Positions 55,938 through 62,129 of a DNA stretch of 62,129 nt are shown one piece after another; position 1 is the first letter of the stretch, and each line of letters begins with the position of its first letter. A program made the translations under genes and the position numbers. This stretch comes from an uncultured Methanosarcinaceae archaeon (GTDB lineage: Archaea; Halobacteriota; Methanosarcinia; Methanosarcinales; Methanosarcinaceae), in NCBI GenBank assembly GCA_963727895.1, contig CAVSHT010000018.1:1-62129 (forward strand). Reading direction: 5' to 3'. Under the pieces are notes generated by a model. That model worked only from the letters and a program-made list of their open reading frames with translations. It did no database searches and was not told the origin of the DNA.

Positions 55938-56588
55938 TCATTTATGAGAGAATGCAAGTTTTATACCGATACATGTATAAATGCCAGCCTTTCCCCATTT
56001 AATATATCTGCCAATTCCTGGCTTCTGTATTGTTCTCTCACCAACTGTTCCAGCAAAAATAGAAATTGCAGAAAAGATTAGCCAGGCCTGAACCATGAAA
56101 ATAATTCCCAGAAAAATCATCTGCATTGGGACATTTTCTGAATTTATATTTACAAACTGGGGTAGGAAGGCTAAGAAGAAGAGGGCAACTTTAGGATTTA
56201 ATATATTCATAAAAATCCCGCGTTTATAAAGGGCAAAAGTATTGGCCTGAACAGGAATAGAAGATACCAGTTCTCCACTTTCTTTTAAGGAACTCCAGGC
56301 AAGATAGAGTAAATAAGCTGCACCTGCATATTTTACGATTTCAAAGGCAAGGGCGGACTTATATACAATGGCAGAAATTCCGAGTGCTGCTGCAGTTGTA
56401 TGAGCAAGTACACCCGTACAGAGGCCTGATGCAGTTGCAATTCCTGCTTTCTTGCCTTGCGAAATGCTCTGGGTAACTACAAATAGAATATCAGGACCCG
56501 GAAGAAGTGTAAGCGCTACAGAGGCTGCAATAAAATAGATTAACTGGGAATATTCAACCAAATTTCTCACTTTTCCTTTATTTAACAA
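55938..56588 (-). CDS. LysE/RhtB-family translocator
   Basis: PGPD, GAAYLLYLAW, NILNPKVALFFLAFLPQF. Confidence 0.92.
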   Translation of the reverse strand: MLNKGKVRNLVEYSQLIYFIAASVALTLLPGPDILFVVTQSISQGKKAGIATASGLCTGVLAHTTAAALGISAIVYKSALAFEIVKYAGAAYLLYLAWSSLKESGELVSSIPVQANTFALYKRGIFMNILNPKVALFFLAFLPQFVNINSENVPMQMIFLGIIFMVQAWLIFSAISIFAGTVGERTIQKPGIGRYIKWGKAGIYTCIGIKLAFSHK

Positions 56589-56615
56589 TTCATTATTCTA
56601 ACAATTCTTTTTTGT

Positions 56616-57413
56616 TTAAATCTCATTCTCCAATAAATTGTAAAATTTATCCCTTGACTCTCTCTCAATCCACGGTTGGTGACCACATTTTCCCAGCAAA
56701 AAAAACCTGAAATTCTTCAAAACCCTGGAAAGAGGTTCTTTAACTCCTTCAAAAAGATGGAGATCATAGTCTCCATGAATCGCAACTACCCGACAGTGAA
56801 TTCCCTTTCCGAATTCAAGTAATTTTCCTTTTTTTCTCAGTTGGCTGGCTTCTTCCCATACACCTTTAAAGCTCTCGTAGTTGCACTCAAGAACTTCATC
56901 TTCATGGGGAAGAGGGTCATAAGTATCAACTTTCGACATTAACTTCCCAAAGTCACATAGGGCTTCATTTCGGTTTTTGGTTGAAGGATTGTTCAGGATT
57001 TCGGTAAGGCGAATGAAGTTTTCTTCATCATCTTTTCCGAACCGATTTATCCTGGTTTTCATTATATTTGCAGCATATTTTTCTTCGTAGGGACCGCTTC
57101 CAATAATTATGAGCTTTTTTACTAATTTGGGATACCGGGCAGTAAATATAAAGCTAAGCATTGCACCCCAGGAAAAACCAATTAATGTAACTGGCAGATC
57201 GCCATGCTTTTCCAGAACATCTCTGAGTTCGTCTATCTGCCCTTCAATAGTCACACCGGTTTGGATAGGTTCAAGTACGCCTCCAAAAACAGAAAGTTCT
57301 CTTGCAACTGGCGCCATTTCTCCCGGTGCTCCCGGACCACCGTGAATTACAGCAACAGCAAATGGAGAAGATCCATAAGTTCTCAGGATTTCCATATTAG
57401 AAAAATAATTCAT
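56616..57413 (-). CDS. Alpha/beta hydrolase
   Basis: HGGPG, GFSWG, HGDYD, CGH.PW.E. Confidence 0.88.
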   Translation of the reverse strand: MNYFSNMEILRTYGSSPFAVAVIHGGPGAPGEMAPVARELSVFGGVLEPIQTGVTIEGQIDELRDVLEKHGDLPVTLIGFSWGAMLSFIFTARYPKLVKKLIIIGSGPYEEKYAANIMKTRINRFGKDDEENFIRLTEILNNPSTKNRNEALCDFGKLMSKVDTYDPLPHEDEVLECNYESFKGVWEEASQLRKKGKLLEFGKGIHCRVVAIHGDYDLHLFEGVKEPLSRVLKNFRFFLLGKCGHQPWIERESRDKFYNLLENEI

Positions 57414-57423
57414 TTTGTATAAG

Positions 57424-58359
57424 TCAGCTTTTAATGAGATCAAAAACCCATCTGTTAATCCCCGGAGCAATATTTCCAACTCGTCTATAGAGTTCTAACT
57501 CAAGCCCCATTTTTTTGTATTCATCAATCAGCCCTGGGATCTGAGATTCGGCTTTAAAGGTATAGAAGTGAATATATCCTCCTTTTCTGATAAGTATTGA
57601 GACTTCTCTAAGAAAATGGTCCATACCATAAGGCGTAGGCACAATGGCTCTATCAAAACCAGCCTCCGGAACCTTAAAACTTTTACCTTCATCTTTTTTA
57701 GGACTCAAACATACTGACCGATCAAAAAAAGCCATATTTCCTAGATCTTCATTGCTTTTTTCAGAATTAAGCATACGAAAAAGGCTCTCAAAATCTTCCT
57801 GAATAACGGTTATTTGGTCTTCGAGCCTGTTAATTCGGATATTTTCCTGCAGACAAGTACAAGCATCGGGATTTATTTCAATGGCACAGACTTTTGCCCC
57901 TTTTCCCGCGGCAGGAAGCACAAAAGGACCAACTCCGGCAAAAGGAATTATGATATGTTCTCCAAACTGAGTTTTTGAAGCTATCCTCCCTCGCTCCGAG
58001 TATAGTCTGGGATTAAAAAAGACTTTTTTGACATCCAGATTATAAGTATAGCCGTTTTCCCTATGAATGGTCTCAGTAGTTTCCCCAAGAAGAAGCTCAA
58101 AATGTGCAACTCTGTGTTCTCCTTCGAGTTTGCTCATTTTATTAAGCACAGCTCGTGTATTGCCTCGCATAGAAAACAATTTTGAAGCAATTGTCTCTTT
58201 ATAAGCTGCAAGCTCTGGAGGAATCGAGATTACGGCCACATCACCGATATAATCAAAACTTTTTGGAACCATCTGAAGCAGGGGTTCTTCAATTATTCCT
58301 TTCATTTTATCTTGCAAGCTCACTCTCTTTCGAAAACTCATTTGGGACACCTCTGCCAA
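57424..58359 (-). CDS. Trm5/TYW2-like class I SAM-dependent methyltransferase
   Basis: FDYIGDVAV, TIHRENG, FFNPRL..ER, FAGVGPF, EINP. Confidence 0.85.
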   Translation of the reverse strand: MAEVSQMSFRKRVSLQDKMKGIIEEPLLQMVPKSFDYIGDVAVISIPPELAAYKETIASKLFSMRGNTRAVLNKMSKLEGEHRVAHFELLLGETTETIHRENGYTYNLDVKKVFFNPRLYSERGRIASKTQFGEHIIIPFAGVGPFVLPAAGKGAKVCAIEINPDACTCLQENIRINRLEDQITVIQEDFESLFRMLNSEKSNEDLGNMAFFDRSVCLSPKKDEGKSFKVPEAGFDRAIVPTPYGMDHFLREVSILIRKGGYIHFYTFKAESQIPGLIDEYKKMGLELELYRRVGNIAPGINRWVFDLIKS

Positions 58360-58515
58360 TCAGATTATAAACTTTCATTTAATTATCGAGTTTCGCATTA
58401 AAGAAGCATTTTTAATATATGCTTTTTGGGAAGATTATAAAAGCATGGAAAAAAGATAAAACCCAGAAGAAAGCTTAAAAGATTATTTCCTAATAGCGTA
58501 GACGGGATAATTCCA

Positions 58516-58923
58516 ATGAAAATTATTATAGAGACTCCAAAATACAGTTTCTGGAAATATAATAAGACCAAAAAAGGATATGAAAGAGCATTCTTTTCCC
58601 CTCTTCCAACAATTTTTAACTACGGATTTGTAGAGGGAACAGAAAGTGCAGACGGCATGGAAGAAGACGTGGTAGTACTTGGGCCCCGCCTGCCAAAAGG
58701 AAGCTCACTTAAAAGAGATGCTTTTGACGGAATAGTAAAATTCCTTGACGATTCGGTCAGAGACGATAAGAAAGTCGTATACATCAGCGGTTTTCGCTCT
58801 CCTGTCCTGCTTGCTTATTACTTCAGGCTTTATGCTCTTTTTAAAGTCTTTCTCTATGCTTTCCGTGAGAGAAGAATTGCAGCTTGCAGGTTTGAAGGAA
58901 TTGAATTCAGAAAATCACATTGA
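58516..58923 (+). CDS. Short inorganic pyrophosphatase-like protein
   Basis: IETPKYS..KY, NYGFVEGT..ADG..EDVVVL, DDK. Confidence 0.7.
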   Translation: MKIIIETPKYSFWKYNKTKKGYERAFFSPLPTIFNYGFVEGTESADGMEEDVVVLGPRLPKGSSLKRDAFDGIVKFLDDSVRDDKKVVYISGFRSPVLLAYYFRLYALFKVFLYAFRERRIAACRFEGIEFRKSH

Positions 58924-59107
58924 TGTTTTTTATATCAGTTGCATTCAAAATCATCCATTCAAATCATATAAGAACAACATTAAGATCCATAAATATAATA
59001 GACAGAGAACTATAAAATATTACAGAGTTGTTTGATATTAATTATCTCATGAAAACTTAGAAAAATACTAATAATTTAAAGAAGCTTAAAAAAAAGGTGC
59101 TTTGAAT

Positions 59108-60253
59108 ATGCCTTTTCATATGATGCTGATTCCGACCCTTGGTTGCCCTGCTAACTGCAGCTATTGCTGGAGTTCCGAAGAAAAGTCCCCGATAATGAGC
59201 ATCGAAACTATGAAAGAAGTGGTTGAGTGGCTTAAAACTTTCAGGGGAGATTCAGTTACTTTTACTTTCCATGGAGGGGAACCACTCCTGGCAGGAGCAG
59301 AATTTTATAGGGAAGCATTTCCGCTTATAGTTGAGGGTTTAAGCCCCAGGAAAATAGCTTTTGCGATACAGACAAACCTGTGGAGAATGACCCCTGAAAT
59401 AGCTGAAATTTTTGCGGAATATGGGGTTCCGATAGGTTCAAGCTTGGACGGGCCAAAAGAACTCAATGATTCACAAAGGGGAAAAGGATACTACGATAAA
59501 ACCATGAGAGGCTATGAAATTGCCAGGGAGCATGGGCTTGATGTAAGATTTATTACCACTTTCACATCTCATTCTGTAAAATACAAAGAAGAAATATTCA
59601 ATTTTTATCTTGAGAAAGGTCTCACGCTCAAACTACATCCTTGTCTACCTTCATTAAAAGGAGATAACCCTGAAAAATGGACTCTTGACCCAAAAGAATA
59701 CGGTGAACTCTTAATTTATCTTCTTGACAAATATCTAGAAAATCTGGGCCAAATTGACGTAATGAATATTGATCACCTGTGTAAATGCGTATTTACAGGC
59801 AGGGGAACAGTATGTACTTATGTTGATTGTATGGGAGATACTTTTGCAGTCGGTCCAGAAGGAAACATATATCCCTGCTATCGATTTGTTGGAATGCCTG
59901 AATATGTTATGGGAAATGTTTGTGACCGGCCAACCATGGCAGATCTTGCACAATCTGAAGCCTGGAAGCAGATGCATAGGTTTAAAGAATACGTAGACAC
60001 TGCATGCGGCAAATGTGCCCATATTAAATATTGTAGAGGTGGATGTCCTTACAATGCCATAGTACCCACAAATGGCGAAATAAAGGGAATTGATCCACAC
60101 TGCTCTGCCTACAAAATGATTTTTGATGAAATAAATAATCGTGTTAACGAGGAAATGTTCAGCAATTCTTCTGGAATGGACAATATGTTTATGCCACAGA
60201 CTATGAAGCCTTCAAAACCAGGAATAATGTATATTATGCTTAAAAAACTCTGA
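59108..60253 (+). CDS. Radical SAM/SPASM protein (TIGR04083-like putative peptide maturase)
   Basis: CPANCSYC, FHGGEPL, SLDG, IYPCYRF, CxxC...CRGGCP. Confidence 0.85.
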   Translation: MPFHMMLIPTLGCPANCSYCWSSEEKSPIMSIETMKEVVEWLKTFRGDSVTFTFHGGEPLLAGAEFYREAFPLIVEGLSPRKIAFAIQTNLWRMTPEIAEIFAEYGVPIGSSLDGPKELNDSQRGKGYYDKTMRGYEIAREHGLDVRFITTFTSHSVKYKEEIFNFYLEKGLTLKLHPCLPSLKGDNPEKWTLDPKEYGELLIYLLDKYLENLGQIDVMNIDHLCKCVFTGRGTVCTYVDCMGDTFAVGPEGNIYPCYRFVGMPEYVMGNVCDRPTMADLAQSEAWKQMHRFKEYVDTACGKCAHIKYCRGGCPYNAIVPTNGEIKGIDPHCSAYKMIFDEINNRVNEEMFSNSSGMDNMFMPQTMKPSKPGIMYIMLKKL

Positions 60254-60810
60254 AACAAAACAAAAATGGAAGAAATTTATGAATAAATTATAGTTTTTAG
60301 CGTTAATTCTGAGATATATGCCTTGAAAAGGCACTGATCTAAAATTTCATAATTTATCACGGATAAATTAACGTTTGAACACATATGAATTTTTAATTTT
60401 TTTACGTAATTATGGATTAAAAAGTAGACTATAAGACCATAATATAAATAATACAGAGATCATTACCTTTTAAAATAACTACTTCAAAATAATAGATCAA
60501 AAAATATCACATGCAAATAAAATATGTAGTTAGTTAAATTAGTGATACAGTAAACATATTTAAAGATATCCTGTCACAATCTTTTGCTTCTTTATTGTCT
60601 AATTTTTATAGAAAAAGATCAGGATTAAAAATAAAATCATGAGACTACATATTTTAATTTTTGTGCTTTGTATATTATAAATATTATTAATCATACGTGA
60701 CTTCACAAAATACTTCTACTTTTTAATAAATTCTTTTATGTACTAATTAATTAATTAATTAATTATAAATATGAACTGATGAGTTTGTGTTTATATTGGA
60801 GATATTAAAA

Positions 60811-61596
60811 ATGAAAAAGAATTTTATTTCACTATTCCTTGCCTTGATAATATTAATGGCGAGCACAGGTTTTGGTTCCGCAGCTGAGAGTATTGCAAAT
60901 AATACTTCTTCAATTCAAGCAGCAGCAAACAATTCAACGTCAAATGGAACCATTATTGATAATAATGGGATATATATACCAATAAATGAAAATAATTCAA
61001 CTTTGAATGGGACTATTATTGACAATAATGGAACACATGTGCCAATAATTGACAATAAAACCCCCATAAAGAATATTACTATTCTGCCTTACACACATAA
61101 AGACTGTAATATTCTGGCAAAAGAAGTCGCATATGCCGATGTTATATGTGGGGAAAACACTACATTTAATTTCACAAAGAACTTGACCTGCGTTGAGTCA
61201 CTAACATTCATAACAAACAAGACGTTGGGCAATACTTCAGCAACCGTAGAAGAATTAAAGAATAAAGATGCTTCAATTACCGACTCCCCAGTTGGAGAGA
61301 TCTATAAGTTCTTCAATGTGTTAATTGGAAATGGTGACATAGGATGTATTAGAAATGCATCAATTAATTTTAGTGTTAACAATTCCTGGATCCAGGAGAA
61401 CAACATAAATCAGTCATCTATTGTTCTGAATGAATATAACAATACATCAAAAGAATGGGAACAGCTACCTGTAAATCTCACTGGAAATGACTGTCAAAAG
61501 TTGCACTTTGTAGGTAATGTTTCAAACTATTCTTCCTTTGCAATCACAGGAAACGAATCTACAAACGAATCTACAAACGAATCTGATGTATGTTAA
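60811..61596 (+). CDS. Secreted PGF-pre-PGF domain surface protein
   Basis: Signal peptide; VEELK, IYKFFNV, F.V..SWI, YSSFAITG. Confidence 0.75.
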   Translation: MKKNFISLFLALIILMASTGFGSAAESIANNTSSIQAAANNSTSNGTIIDNNGIYIPINENNSTLNGTIIDNNGTHVPIIDNKTPIKNITILPYTHKDCNILAKEVAYADVICGENTTFNFTKNLTCVESLTFITNKTLGNTSATVEELKNKDASITDSPVGEIYKFFNVLIGNGDIGCIRNASINFSVNNSWIQENNINQSSIVLNEYNNTSKEWEQLPVNLTGNDCQKLHFVGNVSNYSSFAITGNESTNESTNESDVC

Positions 61597-61800
61597 AATA
61601 AAAAATATTAAAATTTCATAAAAATTTACTATAACACAGATCACTACCAATATAAGATAGTTGACCTGTGTTACTATTTTGGTTGTGCCCGTGAGTAATT
61701 GATCAATTCCAAAAGTAATCTGTATTTGAGTAAAATATAGAGATCCTTATGGTTTTCAATAACTCACGCCCATTACCTATATTTTACAAAATTCAATAGT

Positions 61801-62129
61801 TTTTATTTTAACATACATCAGATTCGTTTGTAGATTCGTTTGTAGATTCGTTTCCTGTGATTGCAAAGGAAGAATAGTTTGAAACATTACCTACAAAGTG
61901 CAACTTTTGACAGTCATTTCCAAGTGAGATAATAGGTAGTTGTTCCCAGTCTTTTGATGTATTGTTATATTCATTCAGAACAATAGATGACTGATTTTGT
62001 CTCCTGGATCCAGGAATTGTTAACACTAAAATTAATTGATGCATTTCTAATACATCCTATGTCACCATTTCCAATTAACACATTGAAGAAAAACTATAGA
62101 TCTCTCCAACTGGGGAGTCGGTAATTGAA
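61801..62129 (-). repeat. Inverted, slightly diverged copy of the 3' part of the PGF-pre-PGF gene (~61272..61605), running off the window end
   Basis: Same C-terminal peptide on the minus strand, with substitutions and indels. Confidence 0.85.

Overview
AT-rich archaeal chromosomal segment; gene content (SepCysS, methanogenesis-marker-16-like protein, PKD/YVTN and PGF-pre-PGF surface proteins) points to Methanosarcina. Sulfur metabolism dominates: three tRNA-Cys genes, an N-terminally extended SepCysS, two metY, metX, cysK, cysE, iscSU, a sufS-like desulfurase, larE, fdhD, thiI, thiME and pdxS. Main results: (1) a 14-bp palindrome TTCACAATTGTGAA, about 15 copies found by eye, sits at promoters of sulfur genes, all tRNA-Cys genes and an HTH regulator, suggesting a repressor-controlled sulfur regulon that includes tRNAs; (2) a methylthio-alkane-reductase (Mar)-like nitrogenase locus whose D and K genes appear fused by an in-frame deletion; (3) a 72-nt decayed tRNA-Cys-like element in the metY-metX leader; (4) larE split by one in-frame UAG, a possible pyrrolysine readthrough. 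There are also five ~740-bp IS1-family copies, two tandem repeats and several pseudogenes. Frameshifts near both window ends may be consensus errors. All calls were made by eye; no searches were run.
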